Assembly (NCBI GenBank): GCA_002898995.1
Contig: BEIM01000001.1
Coordinates: 1-32,917, forward strand
Origin: a bacterium HR36
Lineage (GTDB): Bacteria > Planctomycetota > Planctomycetia > Gemmatales > HRBIN36
Length of the DNA stretch: 32,917 bases
Reading direction: 5' to 3'
The position numbers were made by a program, and so were the translations under genes. Positions 1 to 8,966 of the stretch are shown piece by piece. Positions within the stretch are counted from its first letter, which is position 1. Each line of letters starts with the position of its first letter. The notes under the pieces are model-generated. The model had not been told where the DNA came from. It saw nothing but the letters and a program-made list of their open reading frames with translations, and did no database searches.

Positions 1-1
1 G

Positions 2-751
2 CTAGTAAGCTTGGACGGATTTGCAGCTAACAATGATCAGCGGCGAGGAACTGGCGTATTCAAGGCGGCGATGGACGGGCTATCGCGGTTGCAGCGGCAC
101 GGGCTGCTTTACGGCATTGCCACTACGCTGACGCGGCAAAACCTCGACGAGTGCCTCTCGGATGCCTATCTCGAAACCTTTATCCGCCGCGGGGCCATGT
201 ATATCTGGTACTATGTTTATCGTCCCGTCGGTGCCGACCCGCATCCTGAATATGCGCTGACCCGCGAACAATTGCTGGAGGTACGAAGGCGAATGCTTGC
301 CCTGCGCCGCCGACATCCGATTTTGATCGTGGACAGCTACTGGACAGCCGACGGCGAGGCGTTCTGCCCGGCAGCGATGGGGCTGGGCTTCCACATTGGA
401 CCGCAGGGAAGCATCGAACCGTGCCCGCCACTCTCCGTGGCCTGCGAGACGGTGCGAGACGGCAACGGCGATCTCTTCCCTGTGATCAATGGCAGCCGTT
501 TTCTCCGGGGCTTTCAACAATTCGTCAAGGAGCGTACTAAAGGGTGCGTGATTCTGGAGTATCCCCAGGAACTGGTGCAATTCTTCCGTGAACAAGGAGC
601 ACGCGATTACAGCGGGCGTGACATCTTTGCCGAGCTTTCGGCTCTGGCCCCGCGTCACAGTCAACATTTGCCAGGCGAAGAGATTCCCGAGGACTTTTGG
701 TTTTATCGCTTGCTGAAACGCAACGTCTTCTTCGGCATGGGCGCCTTGTAA
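2..751 (+). CDS. Radical SAM / SPASM-domain protein, C-terminal part (5' end outside the window)
   Basis: The frame is open from the window edge, with no stop before the listed codon at 11. The sequence resembles the C-terminal half of maturase-type radical SAM enzymes, including a Cys-rich auxiliary-cluster-like segment (AFCPAA...IEPCPPLSVAC...KGCVILEYP). TAA stop at 749-751. Confidence 0.55.
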   Translation, partial: LVSLDGFAANNDQRRGTGVFKAAMDGLSRLQRHGLLYGIATTLTRQNLDECLSDAYLETFIRRGAMYIWYYVYRPVGADPHPEYALTREQLLEVRRRMLALRRRHPILIVDSYWTADGEAFCPAAMGLGFHIGPQGSIEPCPPLSVACETVRDGNGDLFPVINGSRFLRGFQQFVKERTKGCVILEYPQELVQFFREQGARDYSGRDIFAELSALAPRHSQHLPGEEIPEDFWFYRLLKRNVFFGMGAL

Positions 752-776
752 GCAAGGAGGCCTGGCAGCACTGGCT

Positions 777-3584
777 ATGGCTCTAGCGCAGATCAATGGA
801 CGGTGGGTGGAGATTGCTGCCGGCTGGACAATTCTCCAGGCAGCACGCCACGCCGGTTTCGTCATTCCCACCTTATGTTACCACCCGGACTTAACGCCCG
901 TAGGCAGTTGCCGATTGTGTCTGGTAGAGGTGGAAGCTTGGCGGAAGCAGGTTCCCGCCTGCACAACGCCTATCCAGGCCGGTATGGTCGTTTACACGGA
1001 AACGCCGAGCGTAATAGCGGCCCGCCGATTCGTGTTGTACCTACTCCTGCGGCGTTACCACGACGCCGGCTATACGGGCCGCGAATGCCAGGAGACGGAG
1101 TTTGAGCATTGGCTGCGTACCTACGGTGTGGAACGGCCTCGTGACGCGATACCACCAGCGCGCTTTCCGGTACCCAGCGACCCGCATCCGCTAGTGTGGG
1201 TGGACTGGAACAAGTGCATTTTGTGCACGCGGTGCGTACGCGCATGCGCGGAAATCCAAGGGCGGTTTGTTTGGGGAGTGTCGGGTCGCGGTGCGGAAGC
1301 GCGTATCGCTGCAGGCTCGGATACGACAATGCTGGAAGCGCGCTGTGAATCCTGCGGTGCATGTGCAGCCTATTGTCCGACGGGAGCACTTGATGATCGC
1401 AGGTCACTCGGCCTCGGCCGGCCTGATAAAGTCGTGCCTACCGTGTGCGGTTATTGTGGTGTTGGCTGCCGGCTCAACCTTCATGTGAAGAATAATCGCA
1501 TCATTCGGGCGACTGGGGAAGCAGGGGCACCAGTCAATGGATTGCATCTGTGTGTCAAAGGCCGCTATGGTTACGACTACGTTCACCATCCCGATCGGCT
1601 GACCCAGCCACGCGTCCGTCGTTATCTGCTTGCACATAAGGCTAAAAACCAGGCATCGGTTGAGGAACGCCAATGGGTCGAGGTAGATTGGGAGACGGCC
1701 CTGAATTTGGCAGCGGAAAAACTGACCGCCATTTGGCAGGAGTCAGGTGGTGACGCCATTGGCGTCCTCTCTTCCGCCAAGTGCACCAACGAAGAAAACT
1801 ATTTGATGCAAAAGTTTGCACGCCAGGTGCTGGGCACTCATAATGTCGATCACTGTGCGCGGTTGTGCCATGCTTCGACAGTGGCAGGGCTAAGCATGGC
1901 GTTCGGCAGTGGGGCGATGAGTAACACTATGCGTGATGTAACTGAGCAGGCCCAGGCATTGTTCATTATTGGTTCCAATGTTACTGAACAGCATCCCGTC
2001 TTCGGCAGCCAGCTGCGGCAAGCTATTCTGCGTCGGGGTATTCCTTTGGTCGTTGCCGACCCTCGCCGCATTGACATCACCGAGTACGCCGCCGTGCACT
2101 TGCAACACCTGCCAGGCACAGATGCCGCCCTGCTCAACGGCATCATGCACATCATCCTCAAGAACGGCTGGCATGATGTCTCGTTCATTGCTAAGCATTG
2201 TGAGAACTTCGCAGCCTTTGCTGCTTCGCTACATGCTTATCCGCCGGAACATGTCGCCGCGATCACGGGTGTATCTCCCACGCTGTTGGTTCGTGCGGCA
2301 AAAATTTTGGCTCACCACAAACCGATGGCCGCCATCTGGGCCATGGGAATTACCCAGCATACGACTGGGGTGATGAATGTGCTGGCCCTGGCGAATTTGC
2401 AAATGCTGTTAGGCAATCTCGGAGTTCCTGGTGGCGGGGTCAATCCGCTACGGGGCCAAAACAATGTGCAAGGCGCTTGTGATGTCGGTGCCCTGCCCAA
2501 CGTTTTCCCTGGGTATCAGCCGGTTACCGACGCCAGTGTCGTGCGAAAATTTGATGCGGCCTGGTCACTGCAGCCTGTTTTGCGCCGCACGGACGTAAGC
2601 CCGACGCTCGGATTGTCGGCTAATCCCGGCTTGACGGTGACCGAAATGGTCCAGCAGTTTGGTCGGGGCAAACTTCGTGCGCTTTATGTACTCGGGGAAG
2701 ACCTCGCGATGACCGAACCTGACCTGTCTCACACACGCCAGCACCTAGCGCAGGGAGAACTGCTCATTCTGCAGGAAATTTTTCCCTCGGAAACCTCTGA
2801 GTTCGCTGATATAGTGCTGCCTGGGGTCTCTTTTGCGGAAAAGTCGGGAACATTCACCAACACCGAAAGGCGCGTACAACTGGTTTGCCAAGCCCTTGAC
2901 CCGATACCGCAGGCACGCCCGGACTGGGAAATTATCGCGGACTTGGCGCAGCGCGTCCTGGCTCGGCAAGGGCGTTACCCAGCCGGCCGCATGGCTGCTT
3001 GGTCGTACGCACATCCCTCGGCCATCTTCGACGAGTTGGCCGCGCTTAATCCCATTTACGCCGGCATCAGCCATGCCCGCCTGGAACATGGCGAATCGCT
3101 CCATTGGCCCGTCCCCGACAAAGACCATCCTGGCACGCCCATCCTCTTTGTCCACGGTTTTCCACGAGGCCGCGCTCGCTTTCATGTCGTTGAACACCTG
3201 CCGCCTGCCGAATGGCCAGACCCTGAATTTCCCTTGCTGCTTACTACTGGGCGAGTGCTGTATCACTGGCACGGTGGCGAACTCACGCGGCGTAGCACAG
3301 TGAGCCAGTTGTGCCCAAGACCATTCGTCGAAGTCCATCCTGAAGACGCAGCAAAATTTGGCGTGACTGAGGGGCAGCGTGTCCTTTTATGGTCGAGGCG
3401 TGGGAAAATGGTTGCCTGGGTACACATCACTGGACGCGTGGCCCGGGGTGTCGTCTTCGGCAACTTCCACTTTCCTGGAAGTGCCAACGTCAACAACCTC
3501 ACTCATGCCGCTCTCGACCCCGTCGCCAAGATTCCCGAATACAAAGTCGCTGCCATCCGCCTCGAACCGTTTTCTGAGGCCTGA
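777..3584 (+). CDS. fdhA: Formate dehydrogenase alpha subunit, Mo/W-bisPGD family with NuoG-like N-terminal Fe-S module (Cys-type)
   Basis: 935-aa ORF. It has a 2Fe-2S-like segment (CYHPDLTPVGSCRLCLVEV), 4Fe-4S motifs (CILCTRCVRAC, CESCGACAAYCP) and the molybdopterin-domain cluster CGYCGVGC. The FdhF-like active-site stretch KCTNEENYLMQKFARQVLGTHNVDHCARLCHAS has Cys where E. coli FdhF has Sec. TGA stop. Confidence 0.9.
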   Translation: MALAQINGRWVEIAAGWTILQAARHAGFVIPTLCYHPDLTPVGSCRLCLVEVEAWRKQVPACTTPIQAGMVVYTETPSVIAARRFVLYLLLRRYHDAGYTGRECQETEFEHWLRTYGVERPRDAIPPARFPVPSDPHPLVWVDWNKCILCTRCVRACAEIQGRFVWGVSGRGAEARIAAGSDTTMLEARCESCGACAAYCPTGALDDRRSLGLGRPDKVVPTVCGYCGVGCRLNLHVKNNRIIRATGEAGAPVNGLHLCVKGRYGYDYVHHPDRLTQPRVRRYLLAHKAKNQASVEERQWVEVDWETALNLAAEKLTAIWQESGGDAIGVLSSAKCTNEENYLMQKFARQVLGTHNVDHCARLCHASTVAGLSMAFGSGAMSNTMRDVTEQAQALFIIGSNVTEQHPVFGSQLRQAILRRGIPLVVADPRRIDITEYAAVHLQHLPGTDAALLNGIMHIILKNGWHDVSFIAKHCENFAAFAASLHAYPPEHVAAITGVSPTLLVRAAKILAHHKPMAAIWAMGITQHTTGVMNVLALANLQMLLGNLGVPGGGVNPLRGQNNVQGACDVGALPNVFPGYQPVTDASVVRKFDAAWSLQPVLRRTDVSPTLGLSANPGLTVTEMVQQFGRGKLRALYVLGEDLAMTEPDLSHTRQHLAQGELLILQEIFPSETSEFADIVLPGVSFAEKSGTFTNTERRVQLVCQALDPIPQARPDWEIIADLAQRVLARQGRYPAGRMAAWSYAHPSAIFDELAALNPIYAGISHARLEHGESLHWPVPDKDHPGTPILFVHGFPRGRARFHVVEHLPPAEWPDPEFPLLLTTGRVLYHWHGGELTRRSTVSQLCPRPFVEVHPEDAAKFGVTEGQRVLLWSRRGKMVAWVHITGRVARGVVFGNFHFPGSANVNNLTHAALDPVAKIPEYKVAAIRLEPFSEA

Positions 3585-3640
3585 CTCTCCGCACTGAATA
3601 GACGTCCCTGGGATACGAGGGCATGCAACATACCGCTGCC

Positions 3641-3664
3641 CAAGAAACGGTCGGGCGTTTCTTG
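3641..3664. terminator. Perfect 9-bp hairpin between convergent fdhA and the GTPase gene (possible bidirectional terminator)
   Basis: CAAGAAACG (3641-3649), loop GTCGGG, CGTTTCTTG (3656-3664). It sits in the 116-nt gap between two convergent stop codons. There is no clear U-tract on either strand, hence the low confidence. Confidence 0.3.
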
Positions 3665-3700
3665 CCTATGGCCGGTTGAAGTTGCCGCAGGCTCCGACTT

Positions 3701-4801
3701 TTAAATCGCCTCAGCGTAGCGTTGCACAGGCACGGGACGCGCTGGGCGAAACCGTTGAACAGTACGCCAGTTCACTGACAGCCCATAGTCACTGGCAATC
3801 GCCTCCATGGCGTTATGCACGGTGTTCCAGAGCGCTTCGGGATCACAGGCCACACGGGCGTTGAACACCAGTTGACCCTGTTGTGTCGGTGTTGCACAGG
3901 AACGTGATAATTCCACCCGTCCCTGGATTTGTACCAGGTGTGCTACACTGCTGCCACTGGATGTGTGCAGCAATCCCTTCAGATGGGCAATTTCCGCTGC
4001 CTGGATCGTTAGCGACTCGTGGATTCGGTGCAGAATCGCAGTCAGCAGGTCACCAGGAACCCACGGCTGGGACGCATGGAGATCGGCAATCGCGTTTAGC
4101 CAACCTAGTTCCGCTTCGCCTTCGGCGTAAGTGTCATAGTCCACCTCAGCGATGTGCACCCCGAAACGCCCCTCCTGTTCTTGGAACCGGACCAATTCTT
4201 CCATGCCCTCGCCCGTGCGGGCCGCGATAAACAGCAGTGGCTTATCGGGATACTGGCGTGTGATAAGCTGCCGCAGTTCGTCGCGCTCTTTGTCGGTGAG
4301 GGTATCGAGCTTATTGATGGCGATGGCGTCTGCTTCTTCAAGCTGTTTGTGGAAGATATAGGCGACTTTCGGGGAAAAGCCGCCGAATCGTTCACCACTC
4401 AAGATTCGTTTGGCTCGCTGCGGATCGAGCAGGACCACGTACGGGGCGATACTGTAGCGCTCTTGGTAAAGGCGTTTGAGAGGTTGGACGACAGTCGCTA
4501 CCAGATCCGTACAGCTGCCGACAGGTTCAGCAAAAATCACTTCGGGGCGTTCTTGGGCGCTGAGTTGTTCCGCCACACGCAACAGGTCGTTCAGACGGCA
4601 GCAAAAACAGCCCCCTGCTACCTCCGAAGCCGCAGCTACCGTGCGAAACAGTGCCGTATCCACAAGGTTATCGGCTTGATCATTGGCGATCAACGCGACT
4701 CGCCGTCCCTCCGCTAGGTGATGCCGCGCTAGCCACAGGAGTGCTGTTGTCTTCCCTGCTCCCAAAAATCCTCCCAGCATCACAAACCTTACTGGATTCA
4801 A
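3701..4801 (-). CDS. G3E-family P-loop GTPase (CobW/HypB/UreG-like metallochaperone family)
   Basis: Walker A GGFLGAGKTT and the G3E signature GCFCCRL. The start was moved to TTG 4799-4801, which is preceded by AAGGAGA; the ORF-track start at 4858 has no RBS. TAA stop at 3701-3703. Confidence 0.8.
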   Translation of the reverse strand: MNPVRFVMLGGFLGAGKTTALLWLARHHLAEGRRVALIANDQADNLVDTALFRTVAAASEVAGGCFCCRLNDLLRVAEQLSAQERPEVIFAEPVGSCTDLVATVVQPLKRLYQERYSIAPYVVLLDPQRAKRILSGERFGGFSPKVAYIFHKQLEEADAIAINKLDTLTDKERDELRQLITRQYPDKPLLFIAARTGEGMEELVRFQEQEGRFGVHIAEVDYDTYAEGEAELGWLNAIADLHASQPWVPGDLLTAILHRIHESLTIQAAEIAHLKGLLHTSSGSSVAHLVQIQGRVELSRSCATPTQQGQLVFNARVACDPEALWNTVHNAMEAIASDYGLSVNWRTVQRFRPARPVPVQRYAEAI

Positions 4802-4876
4802 TGCGGTCTCCTTTCTGGTTTTGTGAGAACACTGGACAGCGTGGTGGTAAAGCGTCACTGGGCATCGGACGATTGC

Positions 4877-6328
4877 CTATTGCGAGGTATTCGCAAGGGC
4901 TCTCGCCAATCGCAGATATTCCGCGAGTATTTCTATGTTACGGATGAAAAGACTGGTGCGTATTTCGTTGTTCTGCAACCAGCAACCTGCAGCGTCCTGG
5001 GATTGAATGATGTCACGAACCTGTCCGTGTAACGAACGGAGACGTTGCCTTAATTCGTCGGGGCTGGGCTTTCGCATTCTTTGGGCCAAATACTTCTCCC
5101 GACCGAGCCGCTGCAGCCGCTCCAGATCGCGTAGCAAGCCAGGAATGCCAAAGTCACCACGGAAAGCGTAGTGGGTGGGTAAATCGTTATCGCTATACAC
5201 CAGCTGGTAGCGTTTGTTGAAGTAAAGTGGACGATTAGTTTGCAGCTCGTAGAACCTGGCCCAGGCACCGTTGGGTAATCGCGAACGTTGTAACCAGGCC
5301 GCAGCTTTGAAAACAGGCTGAATAAATCGGTCTTCGCCAGTAGCCAGGTACAGCGTGATAAGTGCGCGCATAGCGCTGGCCGATTCCGCAGAGGCGATGG
5401 CGGGAGGCTCAAAAGCGCGAGCCCACGCTGGTTGCACAGCGAAATTGTATTGCTGGGCCCAGGCCGGTTGTGGTTCTGGCATTTGCGCCAGCAGCAAGAA
5501 CTCTCCTCCCCTAACTGCTGCCCGCAAATAGGCTGGATTGCGGTAAAGCTCATGCGCCTGCAACAAAGTCAGGATAATCGTCTCCATCACGCGGTCGTTC
5601 AACGTATAGAAGTGGGCGTAATTGTATCCTTTGCCGGGATGGGTTCGGGACCAATCGCGAGGAAAGTGTGCTTGAGCGCGAGGGTTAGGCACCTGTGGGA
5701 GCCGGCCCTGGAAACGTTGCGGCCAGGCACCATTGTCGTACTGTGCGTCGAGGAGACGAGCCAAACCGAATTCGATGGCGCGGCGGATATTGGGATCTTG
5801 CCCCTGCAGAGTGCGATCCATCGCCAGCAGAAACCGCAAGGCGCTTTGAGTGGTGTCGTCATCGTAGGTCGTAGTGCTACGTTGCCCGCCAGCATTCGTT
5901 TGACCGGCATCCACCTTTTTGCGGTAAAACCACCGGTCATGCTGTTGCGGTTCAAAATCCACCCAATAATCCCAGCCACCAGAAGCCAGCTGCGTATCAA
6001 CCAGGGCATATGCCGATGCTCGAGCCGCTTCCAAATGGATCCTGTCCCCGGTGGCCTCGTAAGCGTGCAAGAAGGCCAGAGCCACTGCTGGGGTTCCTGG
6101 AGGCTGCACCCATCCCTGGGTCGCCGTCGCTGGAAGTTCGCCTCGACGCTGCTGCAAGTCCGCGCTGTAGCTCCAGAGATATGTCCCCTGCACGCTCACC
6201 TTTTCGTGCAGAAACTGCGTAGCCCGAAGCAAAGCTTTCCGAGAGGCCTTCGTTAGGTCCTCTTGCTCCAAGGAGTACCCCAGAGCACACAAGCAGCACG
6301 TGGCTACCACCAGCGTTATGCGATACAT
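4877..6328 (-). CDS. Secreted alpha/alpha-barrel polysaccharide lyase-like protein, PelA/Pel-15E (PL10)-like
   Basis: Starting at ATG 6328 gives a signal-peptide-like N-terminus (MYRITLVVATCCLCALG). TTYDDDTTQSALRFLL and repeated GGW/NGAW motifs (ASGGWDYW, DNGAWPQRF, PNGAWARFYE) resemble the PL10 pectate-lyase family. The family call is from memory only. TAG stop at 4877-4879. Confidence 0.5.
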   Translation of the reverse strand: MYRITLVVATCCLCALGYSLEQEDLTKASRKALLRATQFLHEKVSVQGTYLWSYSADLQQRRGELPATATQGWVQPPGTPAVALAFLHAYEATGDRIHLEAARASAYALVDTQLASGGWDYWVDFEPQQHDRWFYRKKVDAGQTNAGGQRSTTTYDDDTTQSALRFLLAMDRTLQGQDPNIRRAIEFGLARLLDAQYDNGAWPQRFQGRLPQVPNPRAQAHFPRDWSRTHPGKGYNYAHFYTLNDRVMETIILTLLQAHELYRNPAYLRAAVRGGEFLLLAQMPEPQPAWAQQYNFAVQPAWARAFEPPAIASAESASAMRALITLYLATGEDRFIQPVFKAAAWLQRSRLPNGAWARFYELQTNRPLYFNKRYQLVYSDNDLPTHYAFRGDFGIPGLLRDLERLQRLGREKYLAQRMRKPSPDELRQRLRSLHGQVRDIIQSQDAAGCWLQNNEIRTSLFIRNIEILAEYLRLARALANTSQ

Positions 6329-6417
6329 GGCGGCTTCTTTTGTACGGACAAGCGCGGTTCTCAGAGGAATAGCCAAAAGTCTGCGGCTGCTCGGATGGGC
6401 CAGAGGGCAGCAACGAA

Positions 6418-6807
6418 TCATTTTCGTCCGATTAGGTGGAGGAATTCCTCTTCGGTGAGAGTCTGGACGCCGAGCTGGCGTGCTTTTTCTAGTTTAATGC
6501 CCGGCTCCTCGCCGACAATAACGAAATCAGTGTTGCGGGAGACCGAACCAGATGGTTTGCCACCCAGCTGATGGATCAAGTCTTCGATTTCCTTCCGCGA
6601 AAAATTCTTCAACGTACCGGTGACCACGATGGTTTTGCCAGCAAGTGGACCGCCTGTTGCGACTTTGCGTTTTTCGACCATCTCCACGCCCAGTTCCTTG
6701 AGCTCATGGATCAGCTTGCGCCCCTGCGGACTATGGAAGAACCCGTAGACACTTTGGGCGACCACATCACCAATCCCTGGAACCTGGGCGATTTCCTCTT
6801 GGCTCGC
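6418..6807 (-). CDS. ligA: NAD-dependent DNA ligase, 3' portion (last HhH + BRCT domain), cut off from the main ORF by an in-frame TAG
   Basis: Same reading frame as 6808-8466. The translation directly after the TAG is ASQEEIAQVPGIGDVVAQSVYGFF (HhH), followed by a BRCT domain (LAGKTIVVTGTLKNFSRKEIEDLIHQLGGKPSGSVSRNTDFVIVGEEPGIKLEKARQLGV). The ORF-track piece 6418-6765 merely begins at an internal GTG. TGA stop at 6418-6420. Confidence 0.8.
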   Translation of the reverse strand, partial: ASQEEIAQVPGIGDVVAQSVYGFFHSPQGRKLIHELKELGVEMVEKRKVATGGPLAGKTIVVTGTLKNFSRKEIEDLIHQLGGKPSGSVSRNTDFVIVGEEPGIKLEKARQLGVQTLTEEEFLHLIGRK

Positions 6808-8466
6808 CTAGGCCAGGCGATCTATGGAACCGAAAGTGTCAGCGAGGAGCTGGGCGTTGCGCTCCCCGACATGGCGGATGCCCAATCCGGTGAGGACGCG
6901 TGCCAATCCCCGATGCTTGCTTGCTTCCAGACCCTGCAGAATGGTTTGCGCCTTTTTGCTGATCCGCTGTTTGCTCCCTTCGCTCAGAATCACTTCGCTT
7001 AATTGTTGCAAGCTGAGACGGTAGAGGTCAGCAATGGAACGCACCAGGCCGCGATCCACCAGGGCGTCCACCACCGCTGGTCCCAATCCTTCAATGTCCA
7101 TGGCCGAGCGGCTGGCCCAGAAAATGATCCGCTCCTTGAGTTGAGCCGGACAATTCGGATTCACACAACGAATGTACACGCCGCCTTCATCGCGCACCAC
7201 TGGTTCATGACATGCGGGGCAGCGATTGGGGAAGTGATATGGTTTTTCCTGGCCGGTGCGCTTTTCACTTTCGACGCGGACAACGTGGGGAATAATCTTG
7301 CCGGCTTTTTCGACGACCACCCAATCGCCAATATGGATATCTTTGCGTTTGATTTCGTCGGCATTGTGAAGACTGACTCTAGAAACGGTAGTGCCAGCAA
7401 TCTGCACGGGTTCCAGTTCGGCGACAGGCGTAAGCACGCCGGTTTTGCCCACCTGGACGAAGATATTTTTGATTCTGGTGCTGGCTTGCCATAGCTCGAT
7501 TTTGTAAGCAATAGCCCAGCGCGGCGCTTTGCTGGTGAAACCGAGCCTGTCACGTTGCTGATAATCGTTGACTTTCACCACAAAGCCATCGGTTTCGTAT
7601 TCAAGCTCATGGCGGCGTTGCATTTCGGCATCGCACCAGGCGATGACATTGTCAATGCGGTCAAACGGCCCGGCGTGCGGGACAACCGGCAGCCCCAGTT
7701 CGCGTAAATAACGCAGAAAATCTACGTGGCCGGGCACGGGCAATTCCTGGGTGGCTCCCTCCGAGTGAGCAAAAAATCGCAGGCGTCGTTCGGCACAAAT
7801 CTTTGGGTCGAGCAGCTTTAGACTGCCTGCCGCGGCATTACGCGGATTGGCGAAGGGGCGCTCCCCGCGTTGCTTTTGCAAGGCATTGACGTGGGCAAGG
7901 TCGGCGTTGGTCATATACACCTCGCCGCGGACTTCCAGGCGCGGAGGCGGTTTGTGTTTGTCGGTGCGCAGGCGCAACGGTAGGCCCCGGACCGTGCGAA
8001 TGTTGTGCGTAATGTCGTCGCCTGTTTCGCCGTCGCCTCGGGTCGCACCCAACACCAGCCGACCCTCTTCGTAAATCACGGCCACCGACACGCCATCAAT
8101 CTTGTGCTCGACCACGTACTGCGGGCGCTCGGGCTGCAGCAAGCGGCGAACGCGGGCATCGAAATCCCGCAGCTCCGTTTCGCTGTAAGTGTTTTCAATG
8201 GACAACATCGGCGGGTCATGGCGAACGTGTTTGAAACCCTCAATCGGTTGGCCACCCACTTTTTGTGTCGGGCTGTCCGGCGACTGAAACTCGGGGTATT
8301 GTTTCTCGAGCTTTTTCAACCGCTCCATCAAACGGTCGAATTCCAGATCGGAGATTTCGGGGCTGTTCTCTACATAGTACTTGTAGTTGTGATATTCGAT
8401 AACTCGGCGCAGCTCTTCGATTTCCTTGCGGATGGCATCACGGTCGGAGGGGATATGCCGGGTCAT
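6808..8466 (-). CDS. ligA: NAD-dependent DNA ligase, 5' portion (Ia, adenylation, OB, Zn-finger, most of HhH), ending at an in-frame TAG
   Basis: Adenylation motif EHKIDGVSV and a Cys4 zinc finger (CPACHEPVV...CVNPNCPAQ). ATG 8466 was chosen because the conserved domain Ia starts there (IRKEIEELRRVIEYHNYKYYV). The ORF ends ...FGSIDRLA then TAG at 6808-6810. Confidence 0.9.
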   Translation of the reverse strand: MTRHIPSDRDAIRKEIEELRRVIEYHNYKYYVENSPEISDLEFDRLMERLKKLEKQYPEFQSPDSPTQKVGGQPIEGFKHVRHDPPMLSIENTYSETELRDFDARVRRLLQPERPQYVVEHKIDGVSVAVIYEEGRLVLGATRGDGETGDDITHNIRTVRGLPLRLRTDKHKPPPRLEVRGEVYMTNADLAHVNALQKQRGERPFANPRNAAAGSLKLLDPKICAERRLRFFAHSEGATQELPVPGHVDFLRYLRELGLPVVPHAGPFDRIDNVIAWCDAEMQRRHELEYETDGFVVKVNDYQQRDRLGFTSKAPRWAIAYKIELWQASTRIKNIFVQVGKTGVLTPVAELEPVQIAGTTVSRVSLHNADEIKRKDIHIGDWVVVEKAGKIIPHVVRVESEKRTGQEKPYHFPNRCPACHEPVVRDEGGVYIRCVNPNCPAQLKERIIFWASRSAMDIEGLGPAVVDALVDRGLVRSIADLYRLSLQQLSEVILSEGSKQRISKKAQTILQGLEASKHRGLARVLTGLGIRHVGERNAQLLADTFGSIDRLA

Positions 8467-8591
8467 GGCGACCTCCCGCGTGAGATATCCATGCTCTAGC
8501 CAACGCGCTGGGTGCGGATCATTGTGGCACAAACATCCCATTTTCGCAAGCCGCTGCTGCATCCTTTTCCAGCAAAAGCATAACGAGTAAG

Positions 8592-8966
8592 CTATTGTTT
8601 TGCGCAGTCGTGGCGTTTCCGCCGGAACCGCCAACGGTCCAGAGCCATGCTAGCCAAACCGGTCACGACGACCAAGGCCATTTCTGCCAGCACAATCTGC
8701 CAGCCGTGCTGCTGTAACCAGCGCGGCAATTCTGGCCAGGGTACTAGCGCGAGAGCCAGACTCGTCAGCACGAATGCGACGCTGCTGACCAACAGCAGAG
8801 CGTAAAAGGGATTAGTTGGTTCTGGGGGCGCGCTGCTTTGACTAGCAGACACCGAGCGATCGGAAGTGGGCGAATTATCCGGAGGTTCGGCAGGAAAGTT
8901 GCCAGGACTTTGTTGCGGCAAAAGGGGTGGCGACTTATCCCGCAGTGGCTCCGGTCCAGCGCTCAT
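8592..8966 (-). CDS. Small membrane protein with a Pro/Ser-rich N-terminus and two predicted TM helices (hypothetical)
   Basis: ATG 8966 is preceded by GGGAG and overlaps the last 32 nt of ndk. Hydrophobic stretches are FYALLLVSSVAFVLTSLALALV and IVLAEMALVVVTGLASMAL. I recognise no family. TAG stop. Confidence 0.4.
   Translation of the reverse strand: MSAGPEPLRDKSPPLLPQQSPGNFPAEPPDNSPTSDRSVSASQSSAPPEPTNPFYALLLVSSVAFVLTSLALALVPWPELPRWLQQHGWQIVLAEMALVVVTGLASMALDRWRFRRKRHDCAKQ

Noticed and set aside
80-871. 263-aa ORF antisense to the radical SAM gene. Similar long shadow ORFs are 2745-3338, 4154-4717, 5432-6256, 10067-10810, 17329-17811, 19456-20112 and 21974-22741.
   Set aside because: Each lies opposite to, or out of frame within, a gene with clear family motifs. 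Each has the Arg/Ala/Pro/Ser-rich composition typical of GC-rich shadow frames, and none has recognisable motifs or an RBS.
777-3584. Possibility that the formate dehydrogenase is the selenoprotein served by the nearby selC.
   Set aside because: The ORF is continuous with no in-frame TGA, and the residue aligned with Sec140 of E. coli FdhF is Cys (ARLCH).
6808-6810. Possibility that the TAG inside ligA reflects genome-wide amber reassignment.
   Set aside because: Neighbouring genes end cleanly on TAG at sensible C-termini (PL10-like gene at 4877-4879, small membrane protein at 8592-8594). TAG therefore functions as a normal stop here.
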